A DNA stretch of 64,000 bases from Clostridia bacterium (GTDB lineage Bacteria > Bacillota > Clostridia > Oscillospirales > CAG-272). The stretch lies in contig JAFUKI010000122.1 in NCBI GenBank assembly GCA_017467815.1, positions 2,240 through 66,239 on the forward strand. The letters run 5' to 3'. Positions 34,514 to 43,601 of the stretch are shown one piece after another. Each line of letters starts with the position of its first letter. Position 1 is the first letter of the stretch. The notes beneath the pieces are model-generated. The model was not told the DNA's origin, ran no database searches, and was given only the letters and a program-made list of their open reading frames with translations. A program made the position numbers and the translations under genes.

Positions 34514-35446
34514 ATGGCGATCAACACCAGCAGCAATGAGATATGGAGATCGTGGCAAAACTATTCGGGATTTGAAGATCGGTCTTTTCGTTTCACCGAA
34601 GATATGCGTCCCTTATTCTATAAGTGGCTCGGAATAACGCCCCACAGTTACGTGCTTGATGCAGGTTGCGGAACCGGCGTATTTGCACGTTACTTGGCAG
34701 TCGATATGGCAGACGGTCATGTAGATGGCTTCGACATCAATAAGGGATTTATCGAATATGGGAAACAAAAACTCCAAGATCTTGATTTAGATGAGAAGGT
34801 TTCGCTGAGGGTAGACGACGGATTCAATTTATCCACTACCGATAACACATATGATGCAGTAACCAATTACACGTATATCGGCGTATTATCGGATCCCATT
34901 GCCGGCTTGAAAGAACTGATTCGCGTGTGCAAACCCGGCGGTGTTGTTTCCTGTGTTATAGCAACAAACTCAATTCCACCCATTGTCTGGCAAGGAGACT
35001 ATCCCTTTGAAGGAGCAGCCGAACTGCAGCGGTTATACAATGAAGAATCATATATTTTTTCCAAATATGCAAGAAAAAACACCGATTTCAACCAAAGTCA
35101 GGAATGGCATGCCCTTCGTTACCCGAAAATGTTTGAAATATGCGGTTTGAAACATATAGAGATTCATCCTTTCGCCTATACATTCAATTATAACGATGAA
35201 AAACTTCCCATTGCGTATAGACAAGATCTATTGAAAAAAGAAATTGAAGCGGATATTGCCTGGATCTCGGCACGTTATGAAGATAAAAAAGACATTTACC
35301 TTGAACACGAGTTTCATGAAGAAAAATTGAATCGTCTGATAGAATTGTTGAATATTAAATTGGATTACGTAACCAACAATTTTGAAAAAGACAATAGTTT
35401 TGAATGGATTGGTGGATTTAATTTTATTGTAACCGGAATCAAATAA
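34514..35446 (+). CDS. Class I SAM-dependent methyltransferase
   Basis: Motif I VLDAGCGTGVF. GGAGGTG RBS before the ATG at 34514. Confidence 0.85.
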   Translation: MAINTSSNEIWRSWQNYSGFEDRSFRFTEDMRPLFYKWLGITPHSYVLDAGCGTGVFARYLAVDMADGHVDGFDINKGFIEYGKQKLQDLDLDEKVSLRVDDGFNLSTTDNTYDAVTNYTYIGVLSDPIAGLKELIRVCKPGGVVSCVIATNSIPPIVWQGDYPFEGAAELQRLYNEESYIFSKYARKNTDFNQSQEWHALRYPKMFEICGLKHIEIHPFAYTFNYNDEKLPIAYRQDLLKKEIEADIAWISARYEDKKDIYLEHEFHEEKLNRLIELLNIKLDYVTNNFEKDNSFEWIGGFNFIVTGIK

Positions 35447-35504
35447 TTGATTACGCGGCAACCGTTTTTCAAAAAACGGTTCCAAGTTTTTTGTAAAACT
35501 GCCA

Positions 35505-35533
35505 TTGACTTTGTTCAGCATCTGTGCTATACT
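35505..35533 (+). promoter_or_regulatory. Orphan near-consensus promoter
   Basis: TTGACT (35505..35510), a 17-nt spacer, then TATACT (35528..35533). Confidence 0.55.
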
Positions 35534-35539
35534 GCAGTT

Positions 35540-35757
35540 TCAAAATTTCCGGTCCAGTGGGTTACGTGGCATATTATGAATGATGTTAAATATCAGGTCA
35601 GCGACAAAAAGCCGGAACAGACGAAAGCCGATCTGTCAGATACGCTTGATAGGTTATCGTCAAGAGAGACGCACAATTCTTTCAAACCGATTCATTGTCA
35701 AACCAAAACAAAACACGACCGTCTTTCCGAAGCAGGACAGAACGGTCGTGTTTTTGT
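35540..35757 (+). ncRNA. Candidate small RNA of about 215 nt (promoter-to-terminator unit without a credible ORF)
   Basis: It lies between the promoter above and the strong hairpin at 35711..35757. The only ORF has no SD and its stop falls beyond the terminator T-run. No known RNA family was recognised. Confidence 0.35.
35711..35757. terminator. Strong bidirectional terminator
   Basis: Stem AAACACGACCGT / ACGGTCGTGTTT (12 bp) with T-runs on both strands, between convergent units. Confidence 0.8.
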
Positions 35758-35769
35758 ATGATCATGGCA

Positions 35770-36957
35770 TCACAATCGGGATTTTCTTGCCAGCCAATAT
35801 GCTTCGATCAAAGCAATGGGTGCGCAGGTGCAGTGTTTGTCGTAATTTACAAAATCCGCCATCCGGCAAAGCAGATCAAGGGATCGGTCGGAGATCCTCC
35901 AGCCGGGACACAGAGCGGCAACAGAGATCCCTTCCCCTACAGCACGCAGAGGATAGTACGTCTGATGTTCTCTGAAATTGGACGGTTCCGGAATAAAATA
36001 TCCTTTTCCGCCCTTACATCCGGCATACCGGAACCTGGAGGTTTCCCAATTACCATACTGAATCTCCAGCCACTCAGTCCCCTGGGGTGTCATCAGTCTG
36101 TTTACCCAATCAACGATCATATCTTCATAGGGTTTTGTCATAGTCTGCATAAACTTCAGACAAATTTCCCGTACTGCAGGATCTTCGTCCAGATCGTATA
36201 CAAGCCGGACAGAATACTGCAGCTGCAATCCCACATATGTAGCTCCGGACAACGGGACAAACTTCAGCGTTCCGGCAATCGCTTCGTCGCGATACCGCAT
36301 ATACATATCGTGCCAGTGTTCATCCCCGGTGGTTTTCCAGGTCAGCAGATACAGCATGGGCAGACGGAAAAATTCATGGGGTGCAACATCCCCCCACATC
36401 TGACCGACCAACCCGATCTCGCCATCCTCACGCAGAAAATTCCAATGGTTTTCGGGGATTACTTCCGTTTCCATCTTTTCCGCCATGGCAGTAAGAATGC
36501 GGCGGATACTGGCTTTCTGGGTCTCATTTGCCAGCGGAGAATAATACAGCCGATGGGCGGCGTAAAACCAGTTGGTATACTGATCCCGTGATGTGTCGGT
36601 ATAATGGCTGCGACAGTCGGCAGGCGAAACACCGCGCGGCAAAAATCCCTTTTTATGGGAGACAGTGGCGCACAGTTCCATACCGCGGTAAATCTTCGCC
36701 GCATATTCCCGCATCTGTTCGTCACCGGTTACTTCATACCGAGCGACGACTCCATCCATCATCAGTCCGGCATTGATCATACAGTCTTCCATACCGGTAC
36801 CGTATCCGCCGGGATTGGGGATAACCAGACCGATCAGTTCCGGTTTCGGCAGATAGGCGGTGGCTGCATCGGGTGCGTGTCCTACAAGATAGTTGTAAAA
36901 CATACAGGTACGTTCATCAAAAAGACGATTCCATACGTATTCCCATGTCTTTTCCAT
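35770..36957 (-). CDS. Hypothetical protein, possibly an (alpha/alpha)6-barrel glycoside-hydrolase-like enzyme
   Basis: 395-aa cytoplasmic protein with a good RBS (GGAGG). No diagnostic motif was recognised, so the fold guess is weak. Confidence 0.55.
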   Translation of the reverse strand: MEKTWEYVWNRLFDERTCMFYNYLVGHAPDAATAYLPKPELIGLVIPNPGGYGTGMEDCMINAGLMMDGVVARYEVTGDEQMREYAAKIYRGMELCATVSHKKGFLPRGVSPADCRSHYTDTSRDQYTNWFYAAHRLYYSPLANETQKASIRRILTAMAEKMETEVIPENHWNFLREDGEIGLVGQMWGDVAPHEFFRLPMLYLLTWKTTGDEHWHDMYMRYRDEAIAGTLKFVPLSGATYVGLQLQYSVRLVYDLDEDPAVREICLKFMQTMTKPYEDMIVDWVNRLMTPQGTEWLEIQYGNWETSRFRYAGCKGGKGYFIPEPSNFREHQTYYPLRAVGEGISVAALCPGWRISDRSLDLLCRMADFVNYDKHCTCAPIALIEAYWLARKSRL

Positions 36958-37033
36958 AATATTATCCTCCGGGGGTACGTTTTTAATCAGAAGATTCCGC
37001 TGTTACGGAATATCTGCATCGTTGATTCTTCCT

Positions 37034-37087
37034 AAAACACATCCGCTGAAACAGAACCAGCATTTCTTCTCCTTTCAGCGGATTTTG
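37034..37087. terminator. Terminator downstream of the glycyl-radical enzyme gene
   Basis: 11-bp stem ATCCGCTGAAA / TTTCAGCGGAT with T-rich flanks. Confidence 0.65.
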
Positions 37088-37107
37088 AGTTGTGGTTCGG
37101 ATCTTAC

Positions 37108-39291
37108 TCAGTGTACGGTACGCGCCAGCACATTCTGCTGTAGTCCCCTGGAAAGAGTAACAAATCTTGCGCTGAATCCGCCCACACGCACGATCAGGTT
37201 TTTGTGATTTTCGGGATGGATCATGGCATCCTGCAGTTCTTCGGGCGACACAACAGTGGCAGTAAGCATCTGACCGCCTCCCTCAAAATAAGTCCGCCAG
37301 AGTGCCAGGAAGCTTTCTTCCCCTGCTTGGGATGTGAATATACTCTTATCAAATTTCAGATTGAGAATAAAACCGCTGCCCGGTAAGGTGTGATCATACT
37401 TCAGGCAGGAATTGATCAGTGCGGTAGGACCATTGGTATCGAAGCCGGGAGTCGCACCGATGGAATCCGCATACAGGGATTCGCCGTTTTTCTTACCGTT
37501 GGGAAGCGCACTCAGTCTGCCGCCGTATGCCGCTGCCGCTTTAAAGGGTGAACATCCGCCGCTGTAATAGCCGCCGCGGAAAGTTTCCAGAGACAGAAGA
37601 TACTCGTTGGCATGATCGGTGAGATCCACTGCAATGCTGTCCACATAATCGTTGTCGTTTCCAAACTTGAGTTCACTGTTCTTCAGCAGGCTGTACATTT
37701 CATCGTATCCCTCAAAATTTTTGTTCAGGGCATCAATAAGCTGTGCCATGGTGAAGCGTTTTTCTTCGTAAACGTATTTCTTGACGGCAGCCAATGAATC
37801 CGCTGTATCCGCCAGGCCCACCAGCAGGATTTGTCCGTGACCGTAGAGAGGTCCCTTGTTCTTGTACTCACGTCCCTTTTCGATACAGCCTTCGATAAAG
37901 AGGGAGCGCACGGGGTTATTGGCGTAGTAGGACTGATAATGCTGCTGCATATTCGCCATCTGCGTTACAGTCAACAGAATATTGTCCAGCTGCTTGATAA
38001 AAGCGGCGTAAAATTCGTCGAATGTTTTGAATTCTGTGGGATCGCCGGTTTCCAGTCCGACTACAATTCCTTTTTTGGGGGATACGCCGTTGTGGAGTGT
38101 GTATTCTACTGCTTTTGCCACATTGACATCGCCATCTTCCAGCCCCATATGGCTCTTGCCGGGAATATCGATCTGGTTGCAGCCGTTCATGACATAGGTA
38201 TGGGCATCGGCTTTGGGAATACCAAGACGTTCCAGTGCGGGAATTACCGCATTGTCATTGTACAGACCGGGCATACCGCATCCTGTGGCAATGGTTTCGT
38301 AAGCGGCTTTCATCAGTTTTTCCGGTGTATTCTTATGCCAGCGCAATGTTACATTGGGTGCGTCTCTCTTTATTTCTTTCATAACATCCAGAATGGCATA
38401 GGTCAGGTCGTTTGTCAAGTCATTGCCGTTTTCGTCCGACCCGGACAGGCACAGGTTCCATGCCCGGCAGTCCGCCAGATTGGTCCAGATATAACGCAGG
38501 TATCTTTCACGCTTTTCCGGCTCTGTTACTTTCCAGAAATCGTACATATACTGGTCAAAATGTCCGGGGGAATCCAACCCGTCAAAGGAATACATCATGG
38601 CATACACAAGACATGCTTCCGCAAAATCCCGGCAGGGTTCAACCGGTGCATGATCGAATGTATCTCTGGCAATTTCCAGCTGATATGTTCTTTCTTCATC
38701 CGGATTTTGGGCAAGTTCTTCGACTGCCAGATCATAAAACCGCTTGCCGCAGACATCAATGGCATCCAGAACGATCTCCATGGAATCGTAAAACTCATCG
38801 CAGTCTTTGTCTTTGTTGATCTCCCGGTATTTTGCGATTTTTTCTCTGTAATACACAGTACCGTATCTGCATACATCGTACAGCGCAGGAACACAGTGCC
38901 CCAGCCAGCCGCCTGCCTCACAACCTTCCTCATTATACATACGCATCATTTTCTCTGAAAACAGATTGGTATCCACATAGCTGAGCTGCATATGGGGCTG
39001 CATGATCCGGCAGATCCGTTTGGTCTCTTCTATGTCCTGTTCAGAATACCGGTTAGCTTCAAATATGCTTTCTACATACGCTTCTTCCGGAATATAGATA
39101 CCCATGCCGAAATGATAGTTTACAATACAGTTACGGTAAGCATAGGGCAATCCATCTTTATTGAATTCAAAAGGGCATTCCCTGCTCGCAAGAAGTAACC
39201 CTGCTGCCATCCGTTTTCCCTTATATTCACTTTCACAATTCAAAAAACCACGGGCAAAAGGTTCTCTCTTCGTTTTGAATTCGTATCTCAT
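37108..39291 (-). CDS. Glycyl radical enzyme (PFL2 / glycerol-dehydratase-like family), substrate unknown
   Basis: The C-terminal IVRVGGFSARF fits the glycyl-radical signature RVxG[FWY]. ALPNGKKNGESLYADSIGATPGFDTNGPTALINS is the conserved GRE core, and the Cys loop reads MNGCNQIDIPGKS. Confidence 0.88.
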   Translation of the reverse strand: MRYEFKTKREPFARGFLNCESEYKGKRMAAGLLLASRECPFEFNKDGLPYAYRNCIVNYHFGMGIYIPEEAYVESIFEANRYSEQDIEETKRICRIMQPHMQLSYVDTNLFSEKMMRMYNEEGCEAGGWLGHCVPALYDVCRYGTVYYREKIAKYREINKDKDCDEFYDSMEIVLDAIDVCGKRFYDLAVEELAQNPDEERTYQLEIARDTFDHAPVEPCRDFAEACLVYAMMYSFDGLDSPGHFDQYMYDFWKVTEPEKRERYLRYIWTNLADCRAWNLCLSGSDENGNDLTNDLTYAILDVMKEIKRDAPNVTLRWHKNTPEKLMKAAYETIATGCGMPGLYNDNAVIPALERLGIPKADAHTYVMNGCNQIDIPGKSHMGLEDGDVNVAKAVEYTLHNGVSPKKGIVVGLETGDPTEFKTFDEFYAAFIKQLDNILLTVTQMANMQQHYQSYYANNPVRSLFIEGCIEKGREYKNKGPLYGHGQILLVGLADTADSLAAVKKYVYEEKRFTMAQLIDALNKNFEGYDEMYSLLKNSELKFGNDNDYVDSIAVDLTDHANEYLLSLETFRGGYYSGGCSPFKAAAAYGGRLSALPNGKKNGESLYADSIGATPGFDTNGPTALINSCLKYDHTLPGSGFILNLKFDKSIFTSQAGEESFLALWRTYFEGGGQMLTATVVSPEELQDAMIHPENHKNLIVRVGGFSARFVTLSRGLQQNVLARTVH

Positions 39292-39331
39292 AACTCCTTT
39301 TACTCCTCTTTTTGCAGTAACTTTCGTTTAC

Positions 39332-39360
39332 ATTATACCACGCGAGAAGGCGAAAGTCAA
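39332..39360 (-). promoter_or_regulatory. Promoter of the glycyl radical enzyme gene
   Basis: The minus strand reads TTGACT, a 17-nt spacer, then TATAAT. Confidence 0.65.
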
Positions 39361-39630
39361 CGTAAAAGCAAACAGTTTTGGTACAGATGTAAAGTTTTGT
39401 AAACAGGTTTTGAGCGACTCTATTGTTTTTGTTTTTCAATTATGTTATAATGAATTCACAAATATTCCGGAGGCTTAGTGTAAATTTAAGTAGTCACAAA
39501 AAAGTATAGCTGTTTCACACTTTGAAGATCCGTTGGAAAGCGGAACCCCGCCACTTTCCATTTCCTTCAGATACCTGGATTTTCCCTTCGTATTGGTTCG
39601 TCGCGTAAATACGACAGAATGGAGATTATC

Positions 39631-40047
39631 ATGATCAGAGAACTGATGCACGACCCGATTTTCCTCGCGGGCAGATCCGAGGAAGCCACCAAAGAAGATC
39701 TGCCCATCGCCCATGATCTTATGGAAACGCTTATGGCACACAGGGAAACTTGTGTGGGCATGGCGGCAAATATGATCGGTATCCGCAAACGGATCATTGC
39801 TTTTGTATGTGATGACGGCAGCTATATGACGATGTTCAACCCGGTGATCCTGAAAAAAGACAAGCCGTACGATACGGAAGAAGGCTGTCTTTCCCTTCTC
39901 GGCGGTCCCCGGAAGTGCCGGCGGTATCAGAGCATCAAGGTGCAGTATCAGACCATGGAAATGCAGACCCGAATCAAAAAATTCGAAGGCTGGACGGCGC
40001 AGATCATTCAGCATGAAGTGGATCATTGCGACGGGATTTTAATTTAA
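39631..40047 (+). CDS. def: Peptide deformylase
   Basis: GMAANMIG, EGCLS and QHEVDH motifs. GGAG RBS before the ATG at 39631. Confidence 0.92.
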   Translation: MIRELMHDPIFLAGRSEEATKEDLPIAHDLMETLMAHRETCVGMAANMIGIRKRIIAFVCDDGSYMTMFNPVILKKDKPYDTEEGCLSLLGGPRKCRRYQSIKVQYQTMEMQTRIKKFEGWTAQIIQHEVDHCDGILI

Positions 40048-40082
40048 ATCAGCAAAAAACAAATGGGGGGCACAAGTATAAT

Positions 40083-40126
40083 TTTGGGGGAAGGAAAAAA
40101 TTTTGAAAAAAGTTTTCCTTCCCCCA
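40083..40126. terminator. Bidirectional terminator hairpin
   Basis: Perfect 15-bp stem TTGGGGGAAGGAAAA / TTTTCCTTCCCCCAA. Confidence 0.75.
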
Positions 40127-40384
40127 AGCCCCCAACTTTTCAAAAACTATGAAAAAAGGGTACAAAATTATTATTCGAAAAACGACATCCTTAAAGTAAT
40201 CTAATATTTCTGTTGCAAAACTCCTTTTTATGAAAGGAGAGAGGGTGTACAGTTGAGAATTGCTGCGCAAATCTCATGAGTGAGAAATACTTTTTCGCAA
40301 AAAGTGTTTCAGATGATTTATGAAATCATTCTTCGCTCCCCTGCTTAATGCGACACCCCCTTTTTTGCTGAATTTCCATCGACC

Positions 40385-41074
40385 TTAATCCCTGCTTTCT
40401 GAAATGGGATCTTTGTTCAACGAGGCAAGTTTTGCGAATTCCAGTATATCGGCATCCTTCATGTGGACCAGGTAGTTGGATATCTGACCTATCCCCCCCT
40501 CTTTGAATGCATCATAGGCAAATGCTTTCAATCTTGCCTTACTCATAAACGGTAGATACATATTAATGGATTCCCCTTTTTCTCTTGCCGTTTCAGCCAG
40601 TTCATCTACTTTTTCGTCACACAGATAAGGAAGGAATATCCCAATGTTTCTTCCATTTTTTATATTTTCCTCTGCCAGTAATGCAATGGCTGTGTTATCC
40701 AACAGGTGAAGAAAAGTACACAGAACACGGGGATCATAATCCGTATTTCTGATGATCTCTGCAATCACAGACGGCTTCAGAATCTCTCCGGCTTCACATA
40801 TTTCTTCATCGGAATGCTTCACAATATCGGCGGCATCGAAAGATACAATGGCATTGACAACAGGATTCGGTCTGCCCAGGATTTCATCAATCGTAACGGC
40901 AAATATTTCCGCAAGTTCTGTCAATCTTGATATGTCCGGCATAGAATTGCCGCGCTCCCAATTTGAAACTGCCTGATAGCTGATGGAAAGTTTATCCGCA
41001 AGTTCAAATTGTGTCAGATCATTCATTTTTCGCAGTTCGGCAATCTTTTTCCCGATTTGTACGGTATCAAACAT
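40385..41074 (-). CDS. XRE-family HTH protein with a C-terminal domain of about 160 aa
   Basis: LTQFELADKLSISYQAVSNWERGNSMPD is a Cro/C1 HTH. Confidence 0.8.
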   Translation of the reverse strand: MFDTVQIGKKIAELRKMNDLTQFELADKLSISYQAVSNWERGNSMPDISRLTELAEIFAVTIDEILGRPNPVVNAIVSFDAADIVKHSDEEICEAGEILKPSVIAEIIRNTDYDPRVLCTFLHLLDNTAIALLAEENIKNGRNIGIFLPYLCDEKVDELAETAREKGESINMYLPFMSKARLKAFAYDAFKEGGIGQISNYLVHMKDADILEFAKLASLNKDPISESRD

Positions 41075-41202
41075 AGCTGCTTCCTTTCTTTATGCTGTTT
41101 TATAATACAATACTCTGCACGTGCGGCTCCTGTATGTATAGTATAGCATTATCGAAAGATAAAGTAAAGCAAGCACCGGTTGAGTTTATCAAAAACTATC
41201 CT

Positions 41203-41685
41203 TTATGTTTTGTCGGAAAACGGTTTTGTAAACTTTCCGTCTTCATCCAGATATGAGTACAGGCATATTTCCTCACAGTTTTCCGCGCCGAACCCGTCTT
41301 CATCCTCGAAGTATCGCCCATCCGGCTGCAGTGTCCAGGAAACATACGCCTTTCCGTCCTTGTATTCGCCGATCCGGAAAGCGAAGCGTACCTTATCGTC
41401 ACAGGGATATTCCAGTTCCTTTTTCCATTCCCCTTCCCGGATGCCCGGAAAATTCCGAATCCTTCCGTTCCCGTCCACAAGGCAGCGGTGGAACGTGGGA
41501 TCATCGGTCTTCATGAGATACACATCTGTCATACGATATCCGCGGTAACCGTTGGGAACTTCTTCAAATACATAGTAATAGCCGCTGCCGAGTTTGTATC
41601 GGGGTTCCGGCGGTTCTGCTTCCGCTGTATTCCGCAGAGGCTGAACAGTTTTGGAAAACAGCTTCCGCATAAATGTTCTGAACAT
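41203..41685 (-). CDS. Hypothetical 160-aa protein coupled to vWA paralogue 2
   Basis: GAGGAGG RBS, with the start 9 nt after the vWA stop. No recognised motif. Confidence 0.6.
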   Translation of the reverse strand: MFRTFMRKLFSKTVQPLRNTAEAEPPEPRYKLGSGYYYVFEEVPNGYRGYRMTDVYLMKTDDPTFHRCLVDGNGRIRNFPGIREGEWKKELEYPCDDKVRFAFRIGEYKDGKAYVSWTLQPDGRYFEDEDGFGAENCEEICLYSYLDEDGKFTKPFSDKT

Positions 41686-41694
41686 AATTCCTCC

Positions 41695-42327
41695 TCATTT
41701 GTTATGCTGTTCAATATTGGCTTTCCAGTCTTTGTCAATGTCCCTGCGTCCTCTGACAGCAGAAGCAACACAGTTCATTGTCATAAAGTTTGCTGCAGTC
41801 CCCGCCTTGTCCGCTTTATAGGAAACGGACCGATCGGCACTGATGCCCATACTGCCGCCTACTTTGACTGCGTCTATATTGGCACCCAGGAAAATAAATT
41901 CCCAGCCCTTTTCCTTGTGTGCTTCGATCATGGCCTTGATCCCGCCTGTCTGAAATTCCCGGCTTGCGTTTTCCATGCCGTCAGTGGTGATGACAAACAA
42001 TGTCTTTTCGGGGATCATACTGTCGGGCAGCTTGCTGTATTTTTCGTCTATGGCTGCGATGGTTTTCCCCACAGCATCCAGAAGTGCGGTCATTCCTCTT
42101 GCATAATACTGCTTATTCGTAAGCGGTTCGATCTTCTGTACGTCAATGCCGTTATACAGCATTTCATACTTATCGTCGAACAGAACGGTTGTTACTATTG
42201 CGTCCCCCTGTTCGTTTTTCTGTTTTTCGATCATGGAATTGTATCCGCCGATGGTGTCTTCGGCAAGATCTGCCATACTGCCGCTGCGGTCAAGTACAAA
42301 AATCAGTTCGGTTAAATTGGTGTTCAT
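41695..42327 (-). CDS. Cytoplasmic vWA domain protein, paralogue 2
   Basis: DRSGSM MIDAS motif, ITTDGMENAS and WEFIFLGANIDAV align block by block with the protein at 5481..6131. The start is set at the ATG at 42327, behind GGAGG. Confidence 0.8.
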   Translation of the reverse strand: MNTNLTELIFVLDRSGSMADLAEDTIGGYNSMIEKQKNEQGDAIVTTVLFDDKYEMLYNGIDVQKIEPLTNKQYYARGMTALLDAVGKTIAAIDEKYSKLPDSMIPEKTLFVITTDGMENASREFQTGGIKAMIEAHKEKGWEFIFLGANIDAVKVGGSMGISADRSVSYKADKAGTAANFMTMNCVASAVRGRRDIDKDWKANIEQHNK

Positions 42328-42390
42328 GTTGTTTCCTCCGTTTTGTGTTGTATTTTTTAGCAAAAGTTTTTTTCCGGAATTTCGTGCGCT

Positions 42391-42774
42391 TTATCTCAGG
42401 CTCTGGGAAATTACGGTATTGATCTTTGCGGGGAGAGTACCCTGCTTGTACATGCCGATACCGGATGTTACTGCCAGCGGCCACAGTACGAACATGGAGA
42501 CCGTCATCGCGATTCCTTTATCCGCCCACTTGCCGGAGCCGATCTCTACGTTCAGGTAGGTGTTGTTTACATTCGTCAAGGTTACGGTGATGGTTTTGTC
42601 AAGTCCTACCCACTGTTTGAAGGAGCCGCCGATTGCTCTTGCCTGGATTACTACGGATCCGTCCGTCATCACGAATTCCTGGGTTTCCATCTTTTCGGTC
42701 ATTTCCAGATAGTTTCTTACCATCATGGCTACGTCGTAAGGGGTTCTGTTGTTGAGAGAGTATGTAGTTGTCAT
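42391..42774 (-). CDS. Hypothetical 127-aa protein with a C-terminal TM helix
   Basis: GGAGG RBS, with a hydrophobic GIAMTVSMFVLWPLAVTSGIGMY segment. It is the first gene of the vWA-2 module. Confidence 0.55.
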   Translation of the reverse strand: MTTTYSLNNRTPYDVAMMVRNYLEMTEKMETQEFVMTDGSVVIQARAIGGSFKQWVGLDKTITVTLTNVNNTYLNVEIGSGKWADKGIAMTVSMFVLWPLAVTSGIGMYKQGTLPAKINTVISQSLR

Positions 42775-43134
42775 TTGTTTTTTCCTCCGTTTTTTGTCTG
42801 TTGTTTTTTTGATTTGTTTTTGTGTTTCCTGATTGTGTCTATATTATATCAGGTTCTGCTTTCCTTTTTTGTTTTCCGTTTCCGGGGTGGGATTCCGTTT
42901 TGTCAGCGGATCCTGTTTCCTGTGGTTCAGAGTGTTTTGTTCTCTGTGATGGTTATAGTATACACTATGGTATCTGCAGATTTTATTTATTGTTTCCGGG
43001 AACATTTCGCCGTTCCTTTTGACAGTGCCGTTTCGGACAAAATCCACGATATATTGACAGAACAACGATTTTGTAGCACAATAAAATTGGAGTATACTAT
43101 ACAGGAACATTGCATCCGTTGTGATCCTGCATAA

Positions 43135-43452
43135 TTTGAAAGGAAGGTAAAGCAAGGATATGCTTTCAGCGGCAGATATCACCAGATAGCGCACACGATC
43201 ATCAACGCTGTCGCCATACTGTCCGGTACAATATGCGACGGTGCCAAACCGTCCTGTGCCGCAAAAATCGCCATGGCTGTTGAGGCAGGGATACTGGGAT
43301 ACAATATGGCAAAAAGCGGCAGACGATTCTACGGCGGTGGCGGGATCGTGACCAAAGGCGTTGAGAATACGATCCGCAATATCAGCAGACTCGCCCGCGA
43401 AGGTATGGGGGAAACGGTTAAGGAAATCATCCGGATGATGCTGGAGAAATGA
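43135..43452 (+). pseudogene. 3' fragment of a UPF0597 / L-cysteine-desulfidase-family gene
   Basis: Open frame reading ...ILSGTICDGAKPSCAAKIAMAVEAGILGYNMAKSGRRFYGGGGIVTKGVENTIRNISRLAREGMGETVKEIIRMMLEK*. This matches the C-terminal ~95 aa of that ~430-aa family from memory. There is no N-terminal part or start. Confidence 0.6.
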
Positions 43453-43601
43453 GGATCTGCGCTGTGTCCTGCGGATTACACTGCTGCATTTCATAAATAC
43501 ACAAAAACAGAAGACCACCTTGAATCCAAAAATTCAAAGGTGGTCTTCCTATATCCGGCTGATCTTACACAATATCTGCCGATATCTTCAAAATATATTC
43601 T

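Noticed and set aside
35577-35761. 61-codon ORF (MNDVKYQVSDKKPEQTK...) as a small protein gene
   Set aside because: It has no Shine-Dalgarno sequence, and the reading frame runs through the terminator stem and T-run before reaching its stop. Treated instead as part of a candidate ncRNA.
37831-38958. 375-aa plus-strand ORF opposite the glycyl radical enzyme gene
   Set aside because: The minus frame holds the conserved GRE core and the glycyl radical motif. The plus frame is a shadow.
40049-40270. 73-aa minus-strand ORF between def and the XRE gene
   Set aside because: It covers the 15-bp bidirectional terminator hairpin and A/T-rich spacer, and has no RBS.
42844-43518. 224-aa minus-strand ORF in the decayed region
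   Set aside because: Its composition is implausible and Cys/Phe-rich, and it has no RBS. The plus strand carries a recognisable gene fragment in the same place.
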